Made by a program: the position numbers and the translations under genes
From: an uncultured Gammaproteobacteria bacterium
Lineage (GTDB): Bacteria; Patescibacteriota; Patescibacteriia; Magasanikbacterales; UBA922
Length of the DNA stretch: 64,000 bases
Assembly (NCBI GenBank): GCA_964519725.1
Contig: CAZFKS010000001.1
Coordinates: 119,270 to 183,269, forward strand
Direction: 5' to 3'
The notes under the pieces: generated by a model
What the model saw: the letters and a program-made list of their open reading frames with translations, nothing else
Databases searched by the model: none
Told to the model about the DNA's origin: nothing
Part shown: positions 8,992-18,574 of the stretch, one piece after another
Position numbering within the stretch: the stretch's first letter is position 1
Layout: each line of letters begins with the position of its first letter

Positions 8992-11931
8992 TTAAAACTT
9001 TTTAATGATTACATCGACTAAGCGATTGAGTAATTGATTTCGTTCAATGTCTTTGGTTAGGTTACCAAAATCTTTCCAAATTAATTCCTGCAAGGTTTGC
9101 TTGGTATTTTTAACAAACACATCTCGTTTTGATGACTCTTGCCAACCAGCATCAAGATCAGCTTCAACTCGAATCCGAACTTCTTTTACAAATTTTTGAA
9201 TCTCCTCGCCCTTTGTATCTTTTACAAACTCCTGTGAGATAACATACAGAGCATATTCTTTTAGATCAAGGCCTAATTCCTTAGCCTCTTCAGCTTTGGT
9301 TTTAATATCACTCATCAATTCCTCATAGCGACGAATTCTTTCGGCCAAATCAATCTGGTTTTGTTCAAATTGACGACGAATTGAAGTGAGACGCTCACTA
9401 AATTTAACAAACACGGGATTTTCATCCAAATTGATTGAAATTTCTTGTTTAAGCATCTTCTCCAAATTGAGCGCTTTTTCTTCTTCATCCATTCCCTTAA
9501 GTCGTTCAAGTGTATACAAATCATTCACACGCAACTCACGGAAATTTTTAGTAATTCCCTCGTAATCAATGATATTACTTTTTTGAATCAGAGCGCGAAC
9601 TTTTTCGCCATACTCTTCAAGAAGATACTTATCATCTTCACTCCGAAATTCCTTCAAAAAGGCCAAATAAAAACCGGTCACCCATTCAAATGGTCTAATT
9701 GATGGTTTCAAAAATGGATCCGGAGACAGAAACTCAAACAAACTCTTTAATTTTAAGTATTTCTCCACAAAGTATTTTTGCTTGTCCTGATTGTCAATAA
9801 AAATTTTCAAACAACGGCGTAAATTATCCATTGATGGGTCCTCAATATTTACACCAGTAAATATTTTCATGACATCATTCAACACATCGGTAAACAGATC
9901 TTTGATTCTGGCAATATCAATCATGGCTGAATCAATTATCTCTTCGTCAAAATCGAGCGCATCGTACAAATTTCGGGTAATTCCGTAATAATCAATAATC
10001 TTCCCGGCTTCTTTGTTTTTATATACCCGGTTAGTACGGGCAATGGCTTGCAAAAGATTATGGTCACGTAAAGGTTTATCCAAATACATGACTTGTTCAA
10101 TTGGTGCATCAAAACCAGTGAGCAACATGTCGCAAACCAATAAGAATTTAAGCGGTGACTTTGGGTCTTTGAATTGCTCAATAATCTGTTCACGTTCCCG
10201 TTTACTGGTGTTATAGACTTTCAAATCATCGGCATCACTATTTGGATCTCCAGGTGAATACACCACTGCCGACCATTCAGCTGGAACTAATTTATCCAGC
10301 AGTGTTTTATAAGCAGCCACGGCTTCACGATCATAGGCCACAATCTGAGCCTTAAAGCCGTTTGGTTCCACATACAGCTTGTAATGTTCCACAATATCTC
10401 GCGCCACTGCTTCCATCCGCTTGGGTAATTTTACCAAAGCTGCTTTTTTACCATATTTCTTTACCAATTCAGTTTTTTGTTTATCCGATAAATCACCAGC
10501 AATCTCTTCAAACTGTTCATCCAACTTAGTTTCATCAATCGAAAATTTAGACAGCCGCGCTTCATAGGTCATGGGAATAGTCGCGCCATCTTCAATTGCC
10601 TGTTGAATTGAATAGTAGTCTAAATAACGTTGACCTTCCCCTTCATAATTGCGGAAGGTATTGGTGTGCGCTTTATCCACAGGCGTACCAGTAAAGCCAA
10701 AGAAAAAGGCTTTCTTGAACGCATTACGCATGTTAATCCCCGATACCCCCTCGTCGCCTCGGTGTGCCTCATCGGACAGAACAATCACATTTTCATCTAA
10801 ATTTTCTACTTTGTCACCCAATTCAGAAAACTTTTGAATAGTGGTAATAAAAATCCCTTTTTCTGGTGACTGAATTTTTTCTTCTAAATCCTTGCGAGAA
10901 GTCACGCGGATAATATTCTTTCCACCGGCATTGATGAAGGTTTCAAAAATTTGGTCATCCAAATCTACCCGGTCAACCAAAATAAATACCTTAGGATTGG
11001 CTAATTCTTTATTAAAGCGCAATTTCCAGGCCGTAAAGTACATGGTCAAGGTCTTTCCTGACCCTTGGGTATGCCAAATTAAACCTTGGTGTTTTTCTTT
11101 TTTAACTACCCGGTCAACGATCTTATTAGTGGCCCGCATTTGCTGGTAACGGGCAATTTTCTTTACCACTCGCTCTTTTTCTTTTTCAAACAGAATAAAG
11201 TTTTGAATAATATCCAAGAAGTTATTCTTTGAAAGTAAAGAAATAAGGGTAACATCTAAACTAGCATCGTCTACATAATGACCTTTCCCTATCATAGACT
11301 TGGCTAGGTCATCATCACGCCACTGTAAAAAGTACTGCTTTGGTGCACCAGTCGCTCCGTAGACAGTTTTAAGGCCATCAGTGGCAATATTAAAGCAGTT
11401 AGGGATAAATAATTTACGAGCCACTTTTTCGTAACGCTTAATCTGATCAATCCCATTCTCAAAACTAACACCTTCCGAAGCAGTCGGACTTTTAGCTTCA
11501 ATATCTACTAATGGAATACCATTTAAAAAAATCAAAATATCCGGCCGAATATTTTCCGTATCACCTTCAAAATAAAATTGGTTAGTAACCACAAACTGAT
11601 TATTTTCAGGATTATCAAAATCAACTAATTTGTAATCTTGAAAATCACCAGTACTTGGATTTCGCAAATTAATCCCTTCACGCAAAGCTTTTAAAAATTC
11701 CTCATTAGAGTCAATCTTTTTAACCTCGCGAATAACATTACTAACCTCACTCACAGTTACCCCTGGATTAAGCCCCGCAATCGCCCGCTCCAAAAACGGA
11801 ACAATAATATACTCAACCTCAAGGTCGCGTAACTTAGCAAATTCCTCTGGCTTAATATACTCAAAACCAAGCTTATCCTTAATAAACTTAATAATGTAAT
11901 TTTCAATTGTGACTTGTTCGTTGAATTTCAT
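8992..11931 (-). CDS. hsdR: type I restriction enzyme R subunit
   Basis: 979 aa. N-terminal nuclease core (RPDILIF...DIEAKSP), helicase motif I HTQGSGKTLTM, DEAH box SDEAHR, motif VI QAIARTNR. Confidence 0.9.
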   Translation of the reverse strand: MKFNEQVTIENYIIKFIKDKLGFEYIKPEEFAKLRDLEVEYIIVPFLERAIAGLNPGVTVSEVSNVIREVKKIDSNEEFLKALREGINLRNPSTGDFQDYKLVDFDNPENNQFVVTNQFYFEGDTENIRPDILIFLNGIPLVDIEAKSPTASEGVSFENGIDQIKRYEKVARKLFIPNCFNIATDGLKTVYGATGAPKQYFLQWRDDDLAKSMIGKGHYVDDASLDVTLISLLSKNNFLDIIQNFILFEKEKERVVKKIARYQQMRATNKIVDRVVKKEKHQGLIWHTQGSGKTLTMYFTAWKLRFNKELANPKVFILVDRVDLDDQIFETFINAGGKNIIRVTSRKDLEEKIQSPEKGIFITTIQKFSELGDKVENLDENVIVLSDEAHRGDEGVSGINMRNAFKKAFFFGFTGTPVDKAHTNTFRNYEGEGQRYLDYYSIQQAIEDGATIPMTYEARLSKFSIDETKLDEQFEEIAGDLSDKQKTELVKKYGKKAALVKLPKRMEAVARDIVEHYKLYVEPNGFKAQIVAYDREAVAAYKTLLDKLVPAEWSAVVYSPGDPNSDADDLKVYNTSKREREQIIEQFKDPKSPLKFLLVCDMLLTGFDAPIEQVMYLDKPLRDHNLLQAIARTNRVYKNKEAGKIIDYYGITRNLYDALDFDEEIIDSAMIDIARIKDLFTDVLNDVMKIFTGVNIEDPSMDNLRRCLKIFIDNQDKQKYFVEKYLKLKSLFEFLSPDPFLKPSIRPFEWVTGFYLAFLKEFRSEDDKYLLEEYGEKVRALIQKSNIIDYEGITKNFRELRVNDLYTLERLKGMDEEEKALNLEKMLKQEISINLDENPVFVKFSERLTSIRRQFEQNQIDLAERIRRYEELMSDIKTKAEEAKELGLDLKEYALYVISQEFVKDTKGEEIQKFVKEVRIRVEADLDAGWQESSKRDVFVKNTKQTLQELIWKDFGNLTKDIERNQLLNRLVDVIIKKF

Positions 11932-11938
11932 ATATTTA

Positions 11939-12991
11939 TTAAAATGAAATTTCGCTTAGATTAATTTCTTCAATGGGCTTAATTTTTTCCTCGAGATTCT
12001 TAATTTCTAATTCGACATCAGTCTCCTCCCCTTCTTTTTGAATCGTTGCTCTGATAATTGCCCAAGTTTCAGGGTCAAAAAGTTCAGGTTTTGGTAATAA
12101 ATGCTCTCTATAAAAAGAGTTTGTATCTTGATCGTTAATTACCCAACGTACTTGGCTGTTTTCTAACAATGCATTTGCAAGTCCTTTAATTTGGGAGTCA
12201 TTAAAACTACTATACTTTGAAAGCTTACTCACTAAATCATGCGTAGTTAAAAAATTTGGACTATTGATCAATCCTTGCACTAAACTATCTTTTTCTTGCT
12301 CAACTCTCAGCTGAATTTTAATATCATGCTCAGAAAAAAATCTAGTGAGACTTTTATAAAAAAATATTTCATTCTCTGGATGAACTTTTTTCCACTCTTC
12401 CACTAAATAATCCTTAGCAAGATTTTCATCAATGGGATGCGAGTAATCTCCGTCCTTACTCAAAAGGATAAATTCTCCTTCTCCTTCGACTTCAGCCAAC
12501 AGTGCTTCCCAATTAATCTCATCACCGTAACTCCTATCCTTTTTACCTGGTGGTCGCCCCAGCCGATGTCTTTTTATAGATTGAGGTAAATATGCATCTG
12601 ATTCAATAATTTTACTCTCAGAAATAAGATCTTGAATTACCTTATCTGCCTTTAAAGTATGTTTTTGGATATCATTCCACAACTTTTTACTCAATTGTGC
12701 TTTTAGCTTGTCTAGAATATTTTGAGCACGCTTTATGTCAGTATATTCGTCATAGTGTTTACAGAATGGAGGCATTGTTAAAGTTGGTTTTGATTTAGCA
12801 AATTCCCCATAAGCCACTTTAAGTCTTACTTCACGATTTCGTTTAACCTCATCACAGACTTGGGAGGTAAGGAAAAGCTTAATTTCTCCAGACTTAATAA
12901 AATCAACTAATTTTGCAAGTTGAGTCAAATCTTCATCGTGAAAATCGTAAAAGTTGAGAAAAATATTTGAATCTATAAATAGTAATTTCAT
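11939..12991 (-). CDS. hypothetical protein with N-terminal PIN-like predicted nuclease fold, embedded between hsdS and hsdR
   Basis: LLFIDSNIF (acidic residue on beta-1), QVCDEV helix, LLSKDGD are spaced as the conserved PIN acidic positions. C-terminal about 170 aa unassigned. 4-bp overlap with hsdS. Confidence 0.35.
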   Translation of the reverse strand: MKLLFIDSNIFLNFYDFHDEDLTQLAKLVDFIKSGEIKLFLTSQVCDEVKRNREVRLKVAYGEFAKSKPTLTMPPFCKHYDEYTDIKRAQNILDKLKAQLSKKLWNDIQKHTLKADKVIQDLISESKIIESDAYLPQSIKRHRLGRPPGKKDRSYGDEINWEALLAEVEGEGEFILLSKDGDYSHPIDENLAKDYLVEEWKKVHPENEIFFYKSLTRFFSEHDIKIQLRVEQEKDSLVQGLINSPNFLTTHDLVSKLSKYSSFNDSQIKGLANALLENSQVRWVINDQDTNSFYREHLLPKPELFDPETWAIIRATIQKEGEETDVELEIKNLEEKIKPIEEINLSEISF

Positions 12992-14226
12992 ACTTGTTTT
13001 TTTCCACTCAGCAAATCTTGCATCAAGCCATTTTTGAGTAAAGTAAGTTTTGTTTTTAATTTTTTATTTACCGAAATTTTTTCATCAACAGCGGAAATAA
13101 TTTCTGCAATTTTTTCCTGCTCTTTCTTTTGTGGCAGGACAATTAAAAGTGGATTAAGTTTTTCCAAATTAATATTTTTTTGAGCGGATTGGGTAGAAAT
13201 ACTGTTAAGATACTCTTTTTGAGTTCTTAAATAATATTCCAAAAAAATCGGATTAATTTTTTCTTTACAAGAAATGCCCACCAAGCTATCAGGAAAGCAC
13301 GAATCAAACTCTAATATTCCAGTATCGCCAATGTTCGCGGCAATTGTAATAACGATAGTGCCTTTTTTAAACAATTTACTCACAGATAGACCTTTTTCGT
13401 TAAGTGTTTGGGTGTACTTTTTTATTCTTCCGTCTGAGCTGATAACATCACCAGTCTGTATAAATGGAATTTCCCCTCCATAAAATTCTGGTGCATTTCT
13501 CGGTCTATGAGAAAACTTACCCCGCTCCACAAGTGCAACGTCAGAAAGTCTTACGATATTCCACTCTTCCGGAATTTGTCCGATTTCTGTTTCCTTAAAT
13601 TTAGTATGCCCAATCCCATTTGTAAAAAGCTGCATCATTAGCCCGTGCTTGAGTTTTTCCGCAGATTTAATCACTTCATGCGTTTTAGTAATATCTTCAT
13701 CCACCGTCCTCAAAATCCCAGCAATCTTTTGTTGTTCTTTGATTGGGGGTAGTAAAACTTCTATACTTTCAACTTGGCTGGAGCTTATATTTTTTTGAGC
13801 CGCACCAATAAAATACTTCTCAAGTTTTGATATAAAATCTTTGTACAAAAATACTTGAAATGTAAAATCAGGATCTAAATCCTTATCTTTAAAGACAACA
13901 CGTCCTACGCGTTGATTTAAAATTGCTGGAAGATATTTCTTGTCAATTCGCGCTACTTTACCAAGTTCGCCAGTCATGCCCATCAAGATATCATTTTCTC
14001 TTAAGTGTACAGATTCATTGTTAGCATACCCATCTTCAGATATATACACAAAATCATTAGCCACAAAGTCTCCTTTGCCAACATTACCAATACGCACAAG
14101 CGGAATACCATCATTTACATAATTTGACGCGTTAAACGCATTGCCTCCTTGAAGCTTTATATGCCTTCCAATCGGAAGTAATTCCCACCCCTTAGGGATA
14201 TTTTGCTGTATCATGTTGGTTTTCAT
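12988..14226 (-). CDS. hsdS: type I restriction-modification specificity subunit (two target-recognition domains)
   Basis: 412 aa. Repeated TRD plus conserved spacer helices (LLPPIKEQQKIAGIL... and VLPQKKEQEKIAEII...) typical of HsdS. Confidence 0.85.
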   Translation of the reverse strand: MKTNMIQQNIPKGWELLPIGRHIKLQGGNAFNASNYVNDGIPLVRIGNVGKGDFVANDFVYISEDGYANNESVHLRENDILMGMTGELGKVARIDKKYLPAILNQRVGRVVFKDKDLDPDFTFQVFLYKDFISKLEKYFIGAAQKNISSSQVESIEVLLPPIKEQQKIAGILRTVDEDITKTHEVIKSAEKLKHGLMMQLFTNGIGHTKFKETEIGQIPEEWNIVRLSDVALVERGKFSHRPRNAPEFYGGEIPFIQTGDVISSDGRIKKYTQTLNEKGLSVSKLFKKGTIVITIAANIGDTGILEFDSCFPDSLVGISCKEKINPIFLEYYLRTQKEYLNSISTQSAQKNINLEKLNPLLIVLPQKKEQEKIAEIISAVDEKISVNKKLKTKLTLLKNGLMQDLLSGKKQV

Positions 14227-15128
14227 ACTATGTTATTTGAAACCCATTTAATTGAACCAGCAATAGAAGCGTTCAAAACTTGTAGACAAATTTTTGCAGT
14301 ATGAATATCTGGTGAAAATTTTGAAATACTTTGTTCGTAAGGATGGATATAATTGCGAAAATCTCGCAGAGCGTGTCCAAATTTCTTTACATCCAATCCA
14401 ATCACGCCGAGTTCGTGAGCCACGTCAATAAGACCAGCAAGCTTCCAATCAGGTAACGGTAAAACTTTTCCAGTTTTGTCTTTCGGACTTGCATTAGCTG
14501 ATTGAAATTTTTGAGGATGTTTTACTGCGATACCAAATAAAATTCCTTCCAGCGTACTGCCAGCCATAATAACAGAAGATAAAGGCGACTTGTATTGTAG
14601 ACATTGGCGAGATTCTAGAATACGCTCTTTTAATATACTCTCTATTGCCGCATCAAGACCGAGCTTGGAAATGTCATTTTCATCAAAATCTTTTTTTAAA
14701 AACTCTTCTTCAGAATCAATTGATGTATTTTTTGTATCTATTATTGGGCCGACAGACTCCTTTAAATACTTTAGAATAGGGTCACGGCCTTGAAAAGCAA
14801 CACTCATGTTCTCCATAGACAAAATATCGTTCATCGCTTTTGCAGCCATCTCCAATTTAGCTCTATCTGCCTTGTACTCCCTTATATCAACAAGCCTCAA
14901 AATCACTTTTTCAAGGTCATTCAATGTTAATTGTTTGAGCAGTTCAAGTACCCACCATTTTCGAGTACTACCATCATGGGTCACATTTATATTTATATTT
15001 TGAAAAAAACGAGTTAAATAACCTGAAGATCTATATTCCGGGTACTTTTGCGCCACATCTCCACAAATAAAATCAGCAAGGGCATCAAGTGTCGCGGGAT
15101 CTAATTTATTTTTTAAAAATACCGCCAT
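14223..15128 (-). CDS. hypothetical protein, HEPN-like (Rx6H motif) Abi/DUF4145-type candidate embedded between hsdM and hsdS
   Basis: C-terminal HALRDFRNYIHPYEQ contains an R-x6-H motif in a helical context. The position equals that of known HEPN/Abi insertions in type I R-M operons. Otherwise no strong motif. Confidence 0.3.
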   Translation of the reverse strand: MAVFLKNKLDPATLDALADFICGDVAQKYPEYRSSGYLTRFFQNININVTHDGSTRKWWVLELLKQLTLNDLEKVILRLVDIREYKADRAKLEMAAKAMNDILSMENMSVAFQGRDPILKYLKESVGPIIDTKNTSIDSEEEFLKKDFDENDISKLGLDAAIESILKERILESRQCLQYKSPLSSVIMAGSTLEGILFGIAVKHPQKFQSANASPKDKTGKVLPLPDWKLAGLIDVAHELGVIGLDVKKFGHALRDFRNYIHPYEQSISKFSPDIHTAKICLQVLNASIAGSIKWVSNNIV

Positions 15129-15129
15129 A

Positions 15130-16821
15130 CTAATATTTCAATTCCTTGAGATATTCGTCCACCTTTTTATCAATAATATCCCGCTCTTTTTCAATTTCCT
15201 TTACCTGAGCCCACACGGTTTTTACATCAATGTTTTCTTCTTCATCAGCATTTTCCACATAGCGACGAACATTGAGGTTGTATTCGTTTTCTGCTAATTC
15301 TTTGGTGTCAATAACGCGGGCGTATTTTTCGATATCACGGTAATTTTCAAAGGCGGAGACAATTTTTTCAATATCAACCTTACGCAAACGGTTTTGATTT
15401 TTTCCTTCTTCGTAATCTTGTTCGGCGTCAACAATGAGGATTTTATTTTTGTGATCGACTGGCTTATTTTTGTTAAAAATTACAATTGCAGCCGGAATAC
15501 CTGTTCCGTAAAAAAGTTTAGCTGGGAGTGCGATGATGGCTTCAATTAAGTCATTTTTAATGAGTTGTTCACGAATACGGCCTTCGGCCCCGCCACGAAA
15601 AAGCACGCCATGAGGAAGTACAATGCCAGCGCGACCATTTTCATTCATTGATTTAACTAAATGCATGACAAAGGCATAGTCCGCATTTTTGGCTGGCGGC
15701 ATTTCATATCCAGCGGCTCGTTTATAACTATCTGATTTAAATTTTTCGTAAGCGTAGTCCTTAATCGAGTACGGTGGATTACTAATGCAGATGTCGAATG
15801 TTTTGAGTGTACCATCTGGGTTGAGGAACTTCGGGTCAGCCAGTGTGTCCCCGCGTTGAATGTCCGCACTATCCAGTCCATGCAAGAACATGTTGATTTT
15901 GGCAATGGCGTAGGTGCCAATATTAATTTCTTGTCCGTAGAGGTAAAGTGAACGGGCCTTTTTTTCACCAGCTTCATTCTTTAAATGGTGATATGCTTCC
16001 AACAAAAAACCACCTGAACCAGCGGCCATGTCGTAAATATGGTCTTTCTCATGTGGCTTTAAAATATTAATAATTACACGTTCAACTTCGCGCGGTGTGT
16101 AGAAACTACCACCTTTTTTACCACCATCAGCAGCAAATTGTTGGATGAGGTATTCATAAGCATCACCTAAAAGGTCGGTACTAATGTAGTTGTCGCCAAA
16201 ATTATGCTTGGAAAAATGATTGATTAGTTTTTGCAAAATTTCATTGGGAAATTTGTCTTTATTGGCAAAATCCAGATCGTCAAAAATACGGTCCAGTTTT
16301 GGACTATTGGCAGTAGTGAGGTCATCAAAAATAGTATTGAGTTTTTGGCCAATACCTTCGGCTTGCTGTTGAATGACTTCCCAACGACAATGACTCGGGA
16401 CTTGAAAACGATGGTTATAATCAGCCCGAGCCACTTCTTCATCATGATATTCTTCTAGGACTTTTTTATATTCTTCGTCCCACACATCACTAATGCGCTT
16501 GTAAAAAAGAAGACCGAAAATATATTTTTTGTAATCAGCACTATCAATGCGGTCGCGCAAAATATCCGCACTGCTCCACAAAAATTGCTTGAGTTGAGTG
16601 AGGTTCATTTTTCCCTCGTCGTTGGTCAGCGAGCTGCCCAAGTCTTTGACAATACTTTTGTCATTGGCGATTCGTTCAATATCCTCGGGCTTATATTTAC
16701 GGTCTTTGCGAGGACCAACCCGTAAAGGGGTTATGAGCCCTTTTTTCTCCCAGTTGCGGAGAGTGTCTTGATGAATGCCAAAAATGGTTGAGACTTCGCT
16801 AATACTGAGTAGATTGGCCAT
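15130..16821 (-). CDS. hsdM: type I restriction-modification N6-adenine DNA methyltransferase M subunit with N-terminal MerR-type HTH extension
   Basis: NPPY motif ISNPPYS, SAM motif DMAAGSGGFL, HsdM N-domain (LWSSADILR). First about 50 aa LSISEVSTIFGIHQDTLRNWEKKGLITP is an HTH_17/MerR-like helix-turn-helix. Confidence 0.9.
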   Translation of the reverse strand: MANLLSISEVSTIFGIHQDTLRNWEKKGLITPLRVGPRKDRKYKPEDIERIANDKSIVKDLGSSLTNDEGKMNLTQLKQFLWSSADILRDRIDSADYKKYIFGLLFYKRISDVWDEEYKKVLEEYHDEEVARADYNHRFQVPSHCRWEVIQQQAEGIGQKLNTIFDDLTTANSPKLDRIFDDLDFANKDKFPNEILQKLINHFSKHNFGDNYISTDLLGDAYEYLIQQFAADGGKKGGSFYTPREVERVIINILKPHEKDHIYDMAAGSGGFLLEAYHHLKNEAGEKKARSLYLYGQEINIGTYAIAKINMFLHGLDSADIQRGDTLADPKFLNPDGTLKTFDICISNPPYSIKDYAYEKFKSDSYKRAAGYEMPPAKNADYAFVMHLVKSMNENGRAGIVLPHGVLFRGGAEGRIREQLIKNDLIEAIIALPAKLFYGTGIPAAIVIFNKNKPVDHKNKILIVDAEQDYEEGKNQNRLRKVDIEKIVSAFENYRDIEKYARVIDTKELAENEYNLNVRRYVENADEEENIDVKTVWAQVKEIEKERDIIDKKVDEYLKELKY

Positions 16822-16936
16822 AATTTTGTAGGTTTATGGCCCTAGGATAACACGATATTATAAAAGAATCAAGTTTGTATAAATTTTCATAGGATTTCAT
16901 AGGTTATTGCTACCCCTATCCAAACCATATATAATA

Positions 16937-16966
16937 AAAAACCGTCTTTTAAGCGGTTTTTTGGGA
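16937..16966. terminator. bidirectional-looking hairpin terminator between the DUF1295 gene and the hsd operon promoter region
   Basis: aaaaaaccg-tcttttaag-cggtttttt. 5-bp GC-containing stem flanked by an A-run and a T-run. Confidence 0.4.
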
Positions 16967-17183
16967 TAATTTGCGGTTGTACTCTTTTACCATTTTTCTT
17001 TGGTCCCTGTTGGCCCTACGGGCCGCTTCCTCAAATAATTTAATCTTCTCCAATTCCGAGGCAGTTCTAAAAAACTCCCCAGCCGAGGAATACTGTTGAG
17101 TAGATTTTTTATGATTAAAATTTTGTATATTAGTTGCTTTTATTCACTGTAATAACAACTATTAAGTTGCACTTTTGGGAAAT

Positions 17184-17951
17184 CTATTTCTTTGGCCACC
17201 ACGGCACAAACTTACTCACCCTCTTGGCATACGCCTGGTACGCCGGGTCGGCCGCATATTTCTTTTCGAGCATGGGCACCCCAGAGACAAACAAAATTAA
17301 GCCAGTAATCGTTAGCGGCCCAACTATTCCGTACCAGCCGCCTGGCCCACCAAGACTAATCAGCCAAATCCCCCACCACATGGTCACTTCGCCAAAATAA
17401 TTAGGGTGGCGGGTATAGGCCCACAGCCCTTGATCCATCACTTTGCCTTTATTGGCCGGATTAGCCAAAAAATCTTTCAGTTCTTTGTCGCCGCGCGCTT
17501 CAAAATAAAAACCTAGTAACCACACGAGCAATCCCACGGCATCCAGCCACCCAAGCGCCGGCTGCCCTGCCCTACTTGCCACCACCGTAATGGGCGCAAT
17601 TACCAACAACAATAAAAATCCTTGCAAAATATATACTTGCGCATACGACCGCAGATAAAACCATTTGCCCCACTCATCACGCCACTGTTTGTAGCGAAAA
17701 TCTTCAGTCTTGCCTTTATTGCGACGATAAATATGATAAGACAATCTCGTGCCCCACACCAACACCAGTGCGGCCAGCAATATTTCGCGCGCGTTTGTCC
17801 CCGCCTGCACCACATAATACGCACACAGCGCAATATACCCCAAACCCCAAGCAATATCGGCCACATCATTGCGTTTTTTGACCAGTGAAATAAAAAACCA
17901 GGCTGAGCAGTATATAAAGATAAGCAGACCGCTGGCAATAAATATATTCAT
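17184..17951 (-). CDS. DUF1295 / 3-oxo-5-alpha-steroid 4-dehydrogenase-like (isoprenylcysteine methyltransferase fold) membrane protein
   Basis: 255 aa polytopic. C-terminal signature [17 protein letters not shown]. Confidence 0.8.
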   Translation of the reverse strand: MNIFIASGLLIFIYCSAWFFISLVKKRNDVADIAWGLGYIALCAYYVVQAGTNAREILLAALVLVWGTRLSYHIYRRNKGKTEDFRYKQWRDEWGKWFYLRSYAQVYILQGFLLLLVIAPITVVASRAGQPALGWLDAVGLLVWLLGFYFEARGDKELKDFLANPANKGKVMDQGLWAYTRHPNYFGEVTMWWGIWLISLGGPGGWYGIVGPLTITGLILFVSGVPMLEKKYAADPAYQAYAKRVSKFVPWWPKK

Positions 17952-18041
17952 AAATTAATCATTTTATTATAATATATCATACCTAGACGCCTTTCCCAAT
18001 CTTTGTTACACTAATTAAACCTTACTTAATAATCTACGTAT

Positions 18042-18569
18042 ATGCGCCTCTCGATTGTTTTGGCCGCTGCCCTCCTCTTGGTTGGAGCTGGTTGCGATGA
18101 TGTATCTAAATTAGACCCAGAAACTGGTGAAACTAAACCAGAAGTGTCAGAAAACACCACCGTGAATACCCCTGAAATTAAAACTGACGACAGTAATAAA
18201 CGCGAAGATGACACACGTAAAGATGACCGTGAAGAAAGTGACGATGGTGATGAAAATACTACTGCGACCCAACCAACCGTCAAACCAACTGAAACCAAAC
18301 CAGTCGTTACTGCACCAACCGAAACCACTGGTCCAAAAACATATACCATGGCCGAAGTCCAAGCGGCCGCCGCGGCTGGCAAATGTTTAACAGTCATTAA
18401 TGGCGGTGTGTACGACCTCACTAATTTTACTAACAAACACCCAGGTGGTGCCGCTGCCATTAAAAGTCTTTGCGGCATCAATGGCACCGCTAAATTCCAA
18501 GCCATGCATGGTGGCGATCCAAAACCAGAAAAAGTATTAGCTGGTTTTTACCAAGGCGCCCTGAAATAA
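18042..18569 (+). CDS. secreted protein (signal peptide with Cys, possible lipoprotein) carrying an acidic low-complexity linker and a C-terminal cytochrome b5-like heme-binding domain
   Basis: N-terminus MRLSIVLAAALLLVGAGC. D/E/T/P-rich linker. C-terminus YTMAEVQ...NKHPGGAAAI...FQAMHGG has the HPGG motif and a second His as in cytochrome b5. Confidence 0.65.
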   Translation: MRLSIVLAAALLLVGAGCDDVSKLDPETGETKPEVSENTTVNTPEIKTDDSNKREDDTRKDDREESDDGDENTTATQPTVKPTETKPVVTAPTETTGPKTYTMAEVQAAAAAGKCLTVINGGVYDLTNFTNKHPGGAAAIKSLCGINGTAKFQAMHGGDPKPEKVLAGFYQGALK

Positions 18570-18574
18570 TAATT

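Noticed and set aside
18026-18505. 159-aa minus-strand ORF
   Set aside because: It is antisense to the cytochrome-b5-domain gene, which has a signal peptide and HPGG motif. It has no features of its own.
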